Of a stretch of 62,441 nucleotides of DNA, positions 1 through 8,983 are shown in pieces. Within the stretch, counting starts at the first letter, position 1; each line of letters opens with the position of its first letter. A program made the position numbers and the translations under genes. Under the pieces are notes generated by a model. The model saw only the letters and a list, made by a program, of their open reading frames with translations. It was not told the DNA's origin and did no database searches. The DNA comes from Eubacteriales bacterium (GTDB lineage: Bacteria > Bacillota > Clostridia > Oscillospirales > CAG-272), in assembly GCA_045538685.1 (NCBI GenBank), contig JAZSRX010000006.1, forward strand, positions 1 through 62,441, read 5' to 3'.

Positions 1-75
1 ATTTTCGTTACCAATCTGAAAATAAAAAACCGCAACCCCTCTGTCTTCTAAGGCTTGCGGTACTTTATTCTCTAT

Positions 76-148
76 TGAAGCATGCGGGATTCGAACCCGC
101 GACACCTTGATTAAAAGTCAAGTGCTCTACCGACTGAGCTACAGGGGC
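76..148 (-). tRNA. tRNA-Lys(UUU), chimeric or defective acceptor stem
   Basis: Minus strand GCCCCTG TAGCTCAGTCGGTAGAGCA CTTGA-CTTTTAA-TCAAG GTGTC GCGGG-TTCGAAT-CCCGC ATGCTTC A. The D, anticodon (TTT) and T arms are canonical, but the 3' acceptor strand ATGCTTC does not pair with the 5' GCCCCTG. Confidence 0.9.
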
Positions 149-250
149 ATATAAATCACGCCTGTATATAATATCACATTCTAACCGGTTTGTCAATAGT
201 TTTTAACAAAAAAAGTTTAGAATATACATTAATAAAGACGCGATTTTGTT

Positions 251-1021
251 TTATAGTTCTCTTAATCTCGGCATACCGATATAATTAAGACGGTATTTTC
301 TTATCAGGTATGCTGCTCGGTTTAACTGTTCCTTGTTAAGAAAGTCTTTGCTTGAGTGGGCATCGTAGCCAATTGTTACAGGCGAACCCATGTCTCCCAC
401 TATTTTCCAGAATTTTTCGTTAGGGTAAAACTTGTTGCATCTAACACCTGCCAGATTAATTTCCAGCGGAATATCAAGCTCTTTTGATGCAAGGCAAAGA
501 CGTGAAATTTCGCTTGAATATATTTTATCATCACCTGTGAAACAGACAAGATCGGGGTGTGCAACATAGGAGAAAACACCTGTTTTCATTCCCTCGATAA
601 CTTCGTCAACGTATATTCTGAGATGCTCTTCGCTGTCTGTCGGGCCGATCGATCCAACACCGTTAGGATGCTCGCTTAAAATAAAATGCTGACCGAGAAC
701 AAGGTATTCTGCTCCCATATTTCTTGCGATTTTAAGCATTTCATCGAAATATCGAGGGTAATACTCCATTTCGAAACCAATGCTTATCTGAATATCATTT
801 TTATACTTTTCACGCAGAATATTCAACTCCCGAACATAGCTTTCCGCATCACACATCTGCACTCGATACAGGTTTTCATATCCGTCGGGAAAAACAAAGG
901 GGGCGTGGTCAGAGAAGCCGAGATACTTGATCCCGGCTTCCATTGCACGTCTGATATAATCCTCGTCACTGCCTTTTGCGTGACGGCATCTTACCGTATG
1001 TGTGTGATAGTTGTAAATCAT
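251..1021 (-). CDS. PHP-family histidinol-phosphatase (HisJ-like)
   Basis: YHTHT, GFSDH, GFEMEY, VAHPD and GYDAH PHP metal motifs; start overlaps the tyrS stop. Confidence 0.85.
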   Translation of the reverse strand: MIYNYHTHTVRCRHAKGSDEDYIRRAMEAGIKYLGFSDHAPFVFPDGYENLYRVQMCDAESYVRELNILREKYKNDIQISIGFEMEYYPRYFDEMLKIARNMGAEYLVLGQHFILSEHPNGVGSIGPTDSEEHLRIYVDEVIEGMKTGVFSYVAHPDLVCFTGDDKIYSSEISRLCLASKELDIPLEINLAGVRCNKFYPNEKFWKIVGDMGSPVTIGYDAHSSKDFLNKEQLNRAAYLIRKYRLNYIGMPRLREL

Positions 1022-2241
1022 TATTTAAGCAAGAACTTGTTAAAGCTCTTCTTTCCTCTCTTAACGAGAATACCTGTCGCAAGCTGATCCTTTGTGATCA
1101 TAGCACGAACATCAGTAACCTTTTCACCGTCAACAGAAACCCCGCCTTGTTCGATAGCACGTCTGCCCTCGGATTTAGAGGGAACCATTTTGCCAAGAAC
1201 AAGCAGACTGTTAAGATCTATCGCACCGTCAATAAGCGAGCTTTCTTCAACTTCAACAACAGGAGCATTTTCAGCACCGCCCGATACGAACAGAGAACGA
1301 GCCATTGCCTGTGCCTTTTCGGCTTCCTCGTCGCCGTGAACAAGCTTTGTAAGCTCAAATGCAAGAATTTCCTTAGCTGTGTTAAGCTGAGCACCTTCCC
1401 AGGAGTCCATCTTATCAATTTCTTCAACAGGAAGGAAAGTAAGCATTCTTATACATTTAAGAACGTCTGCATCAGCAACATTTCTCCAGTACTGGTAGAA
1501 ATCGTAGGGAGCAGTCTTGTTAGGATCAAGCCAAACCGCACCCGATGCGGTCTTACCCATCTTCTTGCCCTCGGAGTTGAGGAGCAGGGTAATAGTCATT
1601 GCGTGTGCATCCTTACCAAGCTTACGTCTGATAAGCTCAGTACCGCCAAGCATATTAGACCACTGGTCGTCACCGCCGAACTGCATATTACAGCCGTATT
1701 CCTTGAAGAGGTGGTAGAAGTCGTAGGACTGCATTATCATGTAGTTGAATTCAAGGAAGGAAAGGCCCTTTTCCATTCTCTGCTTGTAGCACTCAGCAGA
1801 GAGCATTCTGTTTACAGAGAAGCAAGCACCAACGTCACGAAGCACGTCAACGTAATTAAGGCCGAGAAGCCAGTCTGCGTTGTTTACAAGAATTGCCTTG
1901 CCTTCGCCAAAGTCGATGAATCTTTCCATCTGCTTTCTGAAGCAGTCAACATTGTGCTGAATTGTTTCGGTTGTCATCATCTGACGCATATCGGTTCTGC
2001 CGGAAGGGTCACCAACCATAGCAGTTCCGCCACCGATAAGCACAACGGGCTTGTTACCTGCCATCTGAAGTCTCTTCATAAGGCAGAGAGCCATAAAGTG
2101 ACCAACGTGCAGAGAGTCTGCAGTAGGGTCAAATCCGATGTAGAAGGTCGCTTTACCTTCGTTTATCATAGTTCTGATCTCTTCTTCGTTAGTTACCTGG
2201 GCGATCAGTCCGCGGGCAACCAGTTCCTCATAGATTTTCAT
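1021..2241 (-). CDS. tyrS: Tyrosine--tRNA ligase
   Basis: FYIGFDPTADSLHVGH (HIGH), QFGGDDQWSN, KMGKT and a C-terminal S4 domain. Confidence 0.98.
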   Translation of the reverse strand: MKIYEELVARGLIAQVTNEEEIRTMINEGKATFYIGFDPTADSLHVGHFMALCLMKRLQMAGNKPVVLIGGGTAMVGDPSGRTDMRQMMTTETIQHNVDCFRKQMERFIDFGEGKAILVNNADWLLGLNYVDVLRDVGACFSVNRMLSAECYKQRMEKGLSFLEFNYMIMQSYDFYHLFKEYGCNMQFGGDDQWSNMLGGTELIRRKLGKDAHAMTITLLLNSEGKKMGKTASGAVWLDPNKTAPYDFYQYWRNVADADVLKCIRMLTFLPVEEIDKMDSWEGAQLNTAKEILAFELTKLVHGDEEAEKAQAMARSLFVSGGAENAPVVEVEESSLIDGAIDLNSLLVLGKMVPSKSEGRRAIEQGGVSVDGEKVTDVRAMITKDQLATGILVKRGKKSFNKFLLK

Positions 2242-2274
2242 TGTTTTTACCTCTATATATTATTTTTGAACACA

Positions 2275-2588
2275 AATAAAAAAGTCCTCGGAGAAAAACT
2301 CCAAGGACGCAAAAAACGTGGTACCACCTTGATTTGTAAAGTGCAGGGTGCACCTCATCCACCGCCATAGGCGGTCCCCCTTCCCCAACAGGGAAGGCAT
2401 TGTGCAGAATGCAGAATTACCTCATTTACGCTGTAACGGGCGTGAACCGTCGTGCCCTACACACTTCAGAAAGAAGCTTCAACACGCACTCAGAGATGTA
2501 TTTGCAAACGGAAACTCATGTGCCTCTCATCACCCGGCAACTTTCTGTTTTGCGTTATCCGTCGCTACTTGTTCTCGTCATCGCTTTA
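2275..2588 (-). promoter_or_regulatory. T-box riboswitch (Tyr) upstream of tyrS
   Basis: T-box AAGGTGGTACCACG, terminator GTCCTTGGAG...CTCCGAGGAC-TTTT, stem I with GGTGATGAGA and specifier TAC at 2498-2500; promoter TTGACA(2627-2622)-17-TATAAT(2604-2599). Confidence 0.93.
2351..2398. repeat. Short GC-rich double-hairpin (REP-like) insert inside the T-box leader
   Basis: ACCGCCATAGGCGGT and CCTTCCCCAACAGGGAAGG palindromes, flanked by GTGCAG on both sides. Confidence 0.55.
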
Positions 2589-2709
2589 TTACCACATAAT
2601 TATACAGTAAAAAAACACAAATGTCAACAGTTTTATTGACATTTTTCTTATATTGTGATACAATTAATTAGCTAAATACAAATTACTAAATTAATTAACG
2701 AGGTATGAT

Positions 2710-4014
2710 ATGAAAAAGCTTATTTGTCTTCTGTTAATCGTAATATCATTGGTGACAACATTAACTTCTTGTGAATTGCTTGTTGTAGCTTTGGTCGGTC
2801 CTGCTTTCAAAACCGAAACAACAGTAGTTAACGGAGTAGAGTATAAATGTCAAGGTAAAGTAAAAAAAGCGGATTCTTTTTGGGTTTCCGGACTTGCCGA
2901 CAAAAGTCTTACAAATGTAGTAATTGAACCTACAATAAATGGTAAACCGGTTACAAAAATTGCAAGTATGGCTTTTTCTAGTTGTGAACAGATTAAATCT
3001 GTTATTATCCCCGAAGGTATTACGTCAATTGAACACTATGCATTTTCCGATTGCACCGGTCTTACAAGTATTGAAATTCCTAAAAGTGTTACACGCATTG
3101 ATTCATATGAAATATTTATGGGTGTATCAGATCGTTATGGAGCTTTTCATGGTTGCATAAATCTTGTTGAAGTTATAAATCATTCTTCTTTGGAAATCAC
3201 TGTAGGTGGCAAAGATAATGGTCAGATAGCAGAGTATGCAATAGGTGTTCACACCGGTGAGAGTAAACTGTTGGAAAAAGACGATTATCTTTTCTATATG
3301 GATGAAGATGCAAATTATTTAGCGAGATATTTTGGTAGTGAAACCGAACTTGTTCTTCCTGAAAACTGCAACGGCGAAAATTATATAATAGACAATCACG
3401 CGTTTGTTTTTTTGAAGTTACTTACAAGTGTTACTATTCCCAATAGTGAAATTGGCATAGGTGATTATGTATTTTACAACTGTGAATCGCTTAAAAATAT
3501 TGAACTTCCGGAAGGATTAACAGAAATTCCCAAATCTGCATTTAGGGGTTGCCGTTCGCTTATAAGTATTAACATTCCCGATAGTGTAATCGGCTTAGGT
3601 GATTATGCATTTTACAACTGTGAATCGCTTAAAAATATAGAACTTCCTGACGGAATAACTGAAATTCCGCAACACGCATTCGAGGGATGCCGTTCGCTTA
3701 CAAGTATTAACATTCCCGATAGTGTAATCGGCTTAGGTGATTATGCATTTTACAACTGTGAATCGCTTAAAAATATAGAACTTCCTGATGGAATAACAGA
3801 AATTCCACAATCTGCATTCGAGGGATGCCGTTCGCTTACAAGCATTATTATTCCTGATAGTGTAATTCGTTTCGGGGTTTCTGCCTTTTCTGGTTGTGAA
3901 TTTATTACCGACGTATATTATAAAGGCAGCGAAGCTCAGTGGATAAAGATTGAGAGTAATTACTTAGACCATATAGAGAACGTTACTATTCATTATGATT
4001 ATATTCCCGAATAA
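2710..4014 (+). CDS. BspA-like leucine-rich-repeat lipoprotein
   Basis: Lipobox LTSC; repeated AFxxCxxLxxIxIPxxVxxI units; promoter TTGACA-17-TACAAT at 2636-2664. Confidence 0.9.
   Translation: MKKLICLLLIVISLVTTLTSCELLVVALVGPAFKTETTVVNGVEYKCQGKVKKADSFWVSGLADKSLTNVVIEPTINGKPVTKIASMAFSSCEQIKSVIIPEGITSIEHYAFSDCTGLTSIEIPKSVTRIDSYEIFMGVSDRYGAFHGCINLVEVINHSSLEITVGGKDNGQIAEYAIGVHTGESKLLEKDDYLFYMDEDANYLARYFGSETELVLPENCNGENYIIDNHAFVFLKLLTSVTIPNSEIGIGDYVFYNCESLKNIELPEGLTEIPKSAFRGCRSLISINIPDSVIGLGDYAFYNCESLKNIELPDGITEIPQHAFEGCRSLTSINIPDSVIGLGDYAFYNCESLKNIELPDGITEIPQSAFEGCRSLTSIIIPDSVIRFGVSAFSGCEFITDVYYKGSEAQWIKIESNYLDHIENVTIHYDYIPE
3421..3867 (+). repeat. 138-bp tandem repeat (about 3.2 units) within the LRR gene
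   Basis: Units start at 3421, 3559, 3697 and 3835 with near-identical DNA; each encodes two LRRs (46 aa). Confidence 0.9.
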
Positions 4015-4020
4015 TACAAA

Positions 4021-4058
4021 AATGGCAGAGAGTTAAAAAGCTCTCTGCCATTTTTTTT
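4021..4058. terminator. Intrinsic terminator between convergent genes
   Basis: AATGGCAGAGAG / CTCTCTGCCATT stem followed by a T run. Confidence 0.85.
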
Positions 4059-4109
4059 GAAAAAATCTGATTGTTCTAAGGACATCTGTTTGGCAATATG
4101 TTATGTGAA

Positions 4110-5132
4110 TTAAGTAGTTGATGCATTATCAAAAGGGAAAACTTCATAGACAGTAGTCTGTCTATAAACCTCTCCTGCCTTGTAGAAGCCAACACCCTGA
4201 TTAATACAGTTCGGCTCGGTTTGTGCTTCAAGGCAGAATGCACCGTGCTTGATTTTTTTTACACCGCCTCTGAAATCAGGACCGCCTTCCAGGAAATTAC
4301 CGGTGTAGAACTGTACTCCGGGCTGGTCTGTATAGACATTGAGAACAAGTTTTTTGTTAGTAACCTGTGCAGCCAAGGGAAGATTAAAATCTTTAAATTT
4401 TGTATATAAATCGGGGCAGAGCACGAAATTGTGATCATACCCGTCAATATCTTTACCAAAATCTTCACCGATTTTCTTTGGTGTCTTGAAATCAAAAGCA
4501 GTGCCATTTACACGCGGTCTATTACCCGTTGGGATAAGATTATCTCCAACCTCGGTATAACAATCTGCCCATATTGTAGCTATGTGATTGTCAATAACTC
4601 CGCCAAAGCCGTCAAGGTTGAAATAGGAATGATTTGTCAATGCGATAGGAGTTTTTCCGTCGGGAGTTGCCTCGTATTCGATCATAATGGCGGTGTCAAT
4701 AAGAGTGAATTTCACCTTTGACATAAGTCCTGCGGGGAAGCCCTCTTCGCCATCGGGAGAATAGTAGGAAAGGGTAACACTGTCCTCTGTAAGCTCTTCA
4801 ATATTCCAGATACGGAAGCTGAAGCCGTCACCGCCGTGCAGACAATTTCCGTTGTCATTATCTGTCAGCATATAAATAGCTCCATCCATAGTAAAACTTG
4901 CGTCTTTTATTCTGTTTGCCACACGACCGACGGTTGCACCTTGATATGAGCCGGTGTCTGCTTCGTAACTGCAAAGCTCGTCGTATCCGCCAATTATATC
5001 AACGCCAAAGGGCTTAAAGGAAACGATAGTCGCACCGCGCGTCATAACTCTAAGCTCTGCGTTATTGTTTTTTAACGTAATAAGTTCTACATTCTCTCCG
5101 CTTTTTGTCCTGCCGAATATCTCTCGCTTCAT
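4110..5132 (-). CDS. galM: Aldose 1-epimerase (galactose mutarotase)
   Basis: GRVANRI, LHGG, LTNHSYFNL, YDHNF, TDQPGVQFYTGN and CLEAQ motifs. Confidence 0.95.
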   Translation of the reverse strand: MKREIFGRTKSGENVELITLKNNNAELRVMTRGATIVSFKPFGVDIIGGYDELCSYEADTGSYQGATVGRVANRIKDASFTMDGAIYMLTDNDNGNCLHGGDGFSFRIWNIEELTEDSVTLSYYSPDGEEGFPAGLMSKVKFTLIDTAIMIEYEATPDGKTPIALTNHSYFNLDGFGGVIDNHIATIWADCYTEVGDNLIPTGNRPRVNGTAFDFKTPKKIGEDFGKDIDGYDHNFVLCPDLYTKFKDFNLPLAAQVTNKKLVLNVYTDQPGVQFYTGNFLEGGPDFRGGVKKIKHGAFCLEAQTEPNCINQGVGFYKAGEVYRQTTVYEVFPFDNASTT

Positions 5133-5311
5133 AATTTACCTCCAAAAAGAGTGATTATCACATTGATTATAACCCATTTATCAAAAAAAGTAAATAGTAA
5201 AGTTGAATTATGATCACAAAAAAATTTTATAAATTTTCTTTTAGACTAGTTCGTTGACAATAAAGTTTTTTTGTGATAAAATGTGGTATGTTCAAAAAAA
5301 GGGGAGAGTTT

Positions 5312-6013
5312 ATGTTCGAAGCATACAATATACTTGATCTTACGGTGTCTGCTGTTGATAATATTAGAAATACAATAGAAGAGAGCGGAAATGTCGTTGG
5401 ACCAATATTCTTTTTAGGAATAATAGTGGGAATTTTAGTATCTTATATCGTTTTTTCTATTTGGTGGCTCATAAAATCAAGAAAAAAACATATAACAGAA
5501 ACTCCTAAAGAAGCAACAATTATCGAATATGAAAATAAAGAAGAAACAGAAATTCACGACGAAATTGAAGAAAAACAAGATGATGACTCTGTCGGTTTAG
5601 GAACTTTTTTGGTCACTATAATCGTATTTTCTTTATTGATTACTATTTTTGTTACTTTTGGTATGTTAAACAATGTTGGTGATAAATCTGAAGGTTCAGT
5701 TGTAGATCTTTTTTCTAAAAAAGCATCAAATGATGACATAGAAGCAGATTATGAGTTGGTTCCAACTGGATTCACTGAGGCAAAAATTCAAGCTAAATTT
5801 CAAGTCAATGAAAAAATAAAAAACCTTGTTGTAAGAGTTTATGTTTATAATGAGAGTGGAAAATTGGTTATTGATGAAAAGGTTAATATTGGGAACGCCA
5901 CTCCCGGAAATGAATATGTGAGATATATCTCTTTGTCCGGATTTTCTCTTTCAGAAATGTTTGATTTTGATAAAATAAAAACAGAAGTAGTTCAAGGAAC
6001 TATTTCCAAATAA
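5312..6013 (+). CDS. Hypothetical membrane protein (2 TM helices, acidic loop, C-terminal soluble domain)
   Basis: ATG after GGGGAG RBS; two hydrophobic stretches; AT-rich. Confidence 0.7.
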   Translation: MFEAYNILDLTVSAVDNIRNTIEESGNVVGPIFFLGIIVGILVSYIVFSIWWLIKSRKKHITETPKEATIIEYENKEETEIHDEIEEKQDDDSVGLGTFLVTIIVFSLLITIFVTFGMLNNVGDKSEGSVVDLFSKKASNDDIEADYELVPTGFTEAKIQAKFQVNEKIKNLVVRVYVYNESGKLVIDEKVNIGNATPGNEYVRYISLSGFSLSEMFDFDKIKTEVVQGTISK

Positions 6014-6051
6014 CAAAAGCTCACTTGAAATAGCGAGCTTTTGTTATTTTT
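6009..6051 (+). terminator. Intrinsic terminator
   Basis: AATAACAAAAGCTC / GAGCTTTTGTTATT stem followed by a T run. Confidence 0.75.
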
Positions 6052-6130
6052 ATGCATAGCATTTCTCCTTGACTTTATTTAAAATATATGATATCATATA
6101 AGTTGAACTAAAATAAGGCAGGTTGTTTTT

Positions 6131-6640
6131 ATGAACAAGGCAGTCATTATAATAAACGGAGCCGGCGGAGTAGGCAAGGACACTATCTGCGACCTGGCGG
6201 CTAAGCACTTTAAGGTGCGCAACATTTCATCGGTTGACCCTATTAAGGAGATCGCTACATTCTGTGGCTGGACAGGCGTTAAGGATGACAGAGCGAGAAA
6301 GTTCCTTCACGATCTCAAGACCATAACTGCAGAGTACAATGATTTCCCCACTAACTGGGCGCTGAACGTTTTTCGTCAGTTCCTTACCAATGATGAGGAA
6401 ATTCTTTTCGTACATATCAGAGAGCCCTGGGAAATTGAAAAGTTTGTTAAGGCGACCGAGGGGGTTGCAAAAACCCTGCTTGTAAGAGGCGGATCTCGCA
6501 GCAGAACCGGTGCATACGGTAACGCGGCTGACGATATGGTTGAAAACTATGAGTACGATTATTATTTCGTAAATGACCGTCCTCTCGATGAAACAGAGCA
6601 GAATGTAAAAGCACTTTTTAGCGAAATACTTAATAAATAA
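6131..6640 (+). CDS. P-loop protein, nucleoside monophosphate kinase-like
   Basis: N-terminal Walker A IINGAGGVGKDT; LFVHIREP and YDYYFVN segments resemble dNMP-kinase-like proteins. Confidence 0.6.
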   Translation: MNKAVIIINGAGGVGKDTICDLAAKHFKVRNISSVDPIKEIATFCGWTGVKDDRARKFLHDLKTITAEYNDFPTNWALNVFRQFLTNDEEILFVHIREPWEIEKFVKATEGVAKTLLVRGGSRSRTGAYGNAADDMVENYEYDYYFVNDRPLDETEQNVKALFSEILNK

Positions 6641-6661
6641 TTTGTCAAAACGGAGGCAAAT

Positions 6662-8983
6662 ATGATTAAAGTAAGCGATCAGCTCTTTAAGCTTGAAACG
6701 AAGAACACAACCTATGCTTTCCGAATAAATGAGGGCTACCTTGAGCATCTTTATTACGGACGCCGAGTTGTTGATACCGATTTTACTGCATCGGCTCTTA
6801 AAAATACCATTGACCTCGGTTCTACCGTAAAAACAGAGGGAAGCAAGTTCTTTCTTGAAAGAAACCTTCTCGAATACTCGGGCATTGGCAGAGGCGATTA
6901 CCGCCACAGCCCCATAGAGCTTCTTATGCCCGACGGAACCTTTGTAAGTGACTTTGTATATGAAAGCCACAAAATTATAGCTTCGGCTTATTCAGCCGAC
7001 GGTCTTCCCACTGCATACGGCGAGGCACAGACTCTTGAAATTGTTTTAAAAGATAAAAAGTTCAGTGATATAAAGTTGAAGCTTAATTATGTTGTATTTG
7101 AAGAGTGCGACGTGATTTGCCGTAATGCCTCGCTTATCAACAATAACGAAAATCCCGTTTTCATTCGCAAGTTTATGAGCTTTATGATGGATCTTCCCGA
7201 GGCGGATTATGATATGCTGACTCTTGACGGAGATTGGGGCAAAGAAGCTCACGAACACCGTCGATTCCTCGAATGCGGCATACTTGTAAACGAGTCTACC
7301 GTCGGTGCCTCTTCTAATAAGCATAATCCCGCATTTGCCCTTATGGAAAAAGGGGCCGACGAGTCACGCGGTAAGGTTTACGGCTTTAATCTTATTTATA
7401 GCGGAAATCATTATTCGGCTGTTGAACGCTCAACCTTTGATACCGCACGTGTTATGTCGGGTATAAGTCCTCACTGCTTCCTTTGGAAGCTTAAAGAGGG
7501 AGAAAGCTTTGTCACACCCCAAGCGGTGATGACCTATTCGCCTGACGGTTTAAACACTATGATGGCGAATATGCACGACTTTGTAAATAATCATATAGTT
7601 CGCGGTGAGCATAAAGATGCAGACCGACCCATTGTTTTAAATAACTGGGAAGCAACTTTTTTCAATTTTAACCGAAGCAAGGTCCTAGCACTTGCAAGGT
7701 CGGCAAAAAAGCTAGGAATTGAGATGTTTGTCCTTGATGACGGTTGGTTCGGTAAGAGAAACAGCGATCTTGCAGGTCTTGGCGACTGGGTAGAAAATCG
7801 CAAGAAGCTTCCGGGCGGAATAAAATATATAGCCAACAAGGTAAACAAAATGGGAATGAAGTTCGGTCTTTGGTTTGAGCCCGAATGTGTCAATCCCGAC
7901 AGCGACCTTTACCGTGCTCATCCTGATTGGGCAATAAGCATAGAGGGCAGAGAACTAACCCTTGGAAGAAATCAGCTTGTACTTGATCTTACTCGCAAAG
8001 AAGTGCGTGAGTACATAATTGAAAGTGTGGACAAGGTTCTGAGGGGATCTAACATCGAGTATGTAAAGTGGGACTATAACCGACACATCAGCGATATGTA
8101 TTCTTCCTCCCTGAAACAGCAGGGCGAATTTTTCCACAGATATATTCTCGGCCTTTATGAAGTGCTTGAAGAAATATTCTTTAAAAGACATCCGAAGATT
8201 CTGTTTGAAAGCTGTTCCTCGGGTGGAAACCGTTTTGATCTTGGAATGCTTTGTTTCTCACCGCAGATATGGACGTCAGATAACACCGACCCCATAGAGC
8301 GACTTGATATTCAGGGTGGAATTTATAACTTCTATCCGCAGTCAACAGTATCTGCCCACGTGTCTATGGCACCCCACGCACAGACTCTCAGAGACACTCC
8401 GCTTTCCACCAGATTTAATGTTGCCGCCTTCGGTGTGCTCGGATACGAGCTTGATTTTTCTGAGCTTACACCCGAGGAACGCAGGCAGGTGAAAAGGCAG
8501 ATTGCCTTTTACAAAGAGCATCGCAGAAGCTTCCAGTACGGTAGACTGAAAAAAGTAAAACTTAAAAATGCGGATGAAATTTCTTGGCAGATTACCGACG
8601 TCGACAAAACATATGCCGCAATCTACCAAAAATACAAGGCCGCTTGTCCAGGACGTGACCGACTTGATGTTCCCGGACTTGATCCCGAGAAGATGTACTC
8701 GGTTGAGTCGAGAGATCAATATCTTCGCATCAGTCGTTTCGGCGGTCTGGTTAAGCACATTATTCCTGTTCATTTAAAGCCGGATGGATTTATTCTTCGA
8801 ACCGTAAATAAGCATTTTGCAATGAAAGACGGGAAAGAGAATTATATCGCCTCTGGTGCTATGCTTTCAGAGGGCATAAATCTTGCTATGCAATATGAGG
8901 GCTCGGGATACGATCCGAACCTGAGAATTCTTGGCGACTATGGCTCAAGTCTTTATTTAATAAAGGAGAAAAACAATGGATAA
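6662..8983 (+). CDS. Alpha-galactosidase, GH36
   Basis: NNWEATFF, FVLDDGWFG, FGLWFEPE, YVKWDYNR, CSSGGNRFD and WTSDNTD motifs. Confidence 0.95.
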   Translation: MIKVSDQLFKLETKNTTYAFRINEGYLEHLYYGRRVVDTDFTASALKNTIDLGSTVKTEGSKFFLERNLLEYSGIGRGDYRHSPIELLMPDGTFVSDFVYESHKIIASAYSADGLPTAYGEAQTLEIVLKDKKFSDIKLKLNYVVFEECDVICRNASLINNNENPVFIRKFMSFMMDLPEADYDMLTLDGDWGKEAHEHRRFLECGILVNESTVGASSNKHNPAFALMEKGADESRGKVYGFNLIYSGNHYSAVERSTFDTARVMSGISPHCFLWKLKEGESFVTPQAVMTYSPDGLNTMMANMHDFVNNHIVRGEHKDADRPIVLNNWEATFFNFNRSKVLALARSAKKLGIEMFVLDDGWFGKRNSDLAGLGDWVENRKKLPGGIKYIANKVNKMGMKFGLWFEPECVNPDSDLYRAHPDWAISIEGRELTLGRNQLVLDLTRKEVREYIIESVDKVLRGSNIEYVKWDYNRHISDMYSSSLKQQGEFFHRYILGLYEVLEEIFFKRHPKILFESCSSGGNRFDLGMLCFSPQIWTSDNTDPIERLDIQGGIYNFYPQSTVSAHVSMAPHAQTLRDTPLSTRFNVAAFGVLGYELDFSELTPEERRQVKRQIAFYKEHRRSFQYGRLKKVKLKNADEISWQITDVDKTYAAIYQKYKAACPGRDRLDVPGLDPEKMYSVESRDQYLRISRFGGLVKHIIPVHLKPDGFILRTVNKHFAMKDGKENYIASGAMLSEGINLAMQYEGSGYDPNLRILGDYGSSLYLIKEKNNG

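Noticed and set aside
976-2370. 464-aa plus-strand ORF
   Set aside because: Antisense shadow of tyrS; no RBS or recognisable motifs.
3421-3867. LRR repeats as a CRISPR array or DGR template/variable pair
   Set aside because: In-frame coding repeats with no spacers; differences are not adenine-specific; no cas or reverse transcriptase gene in the window.
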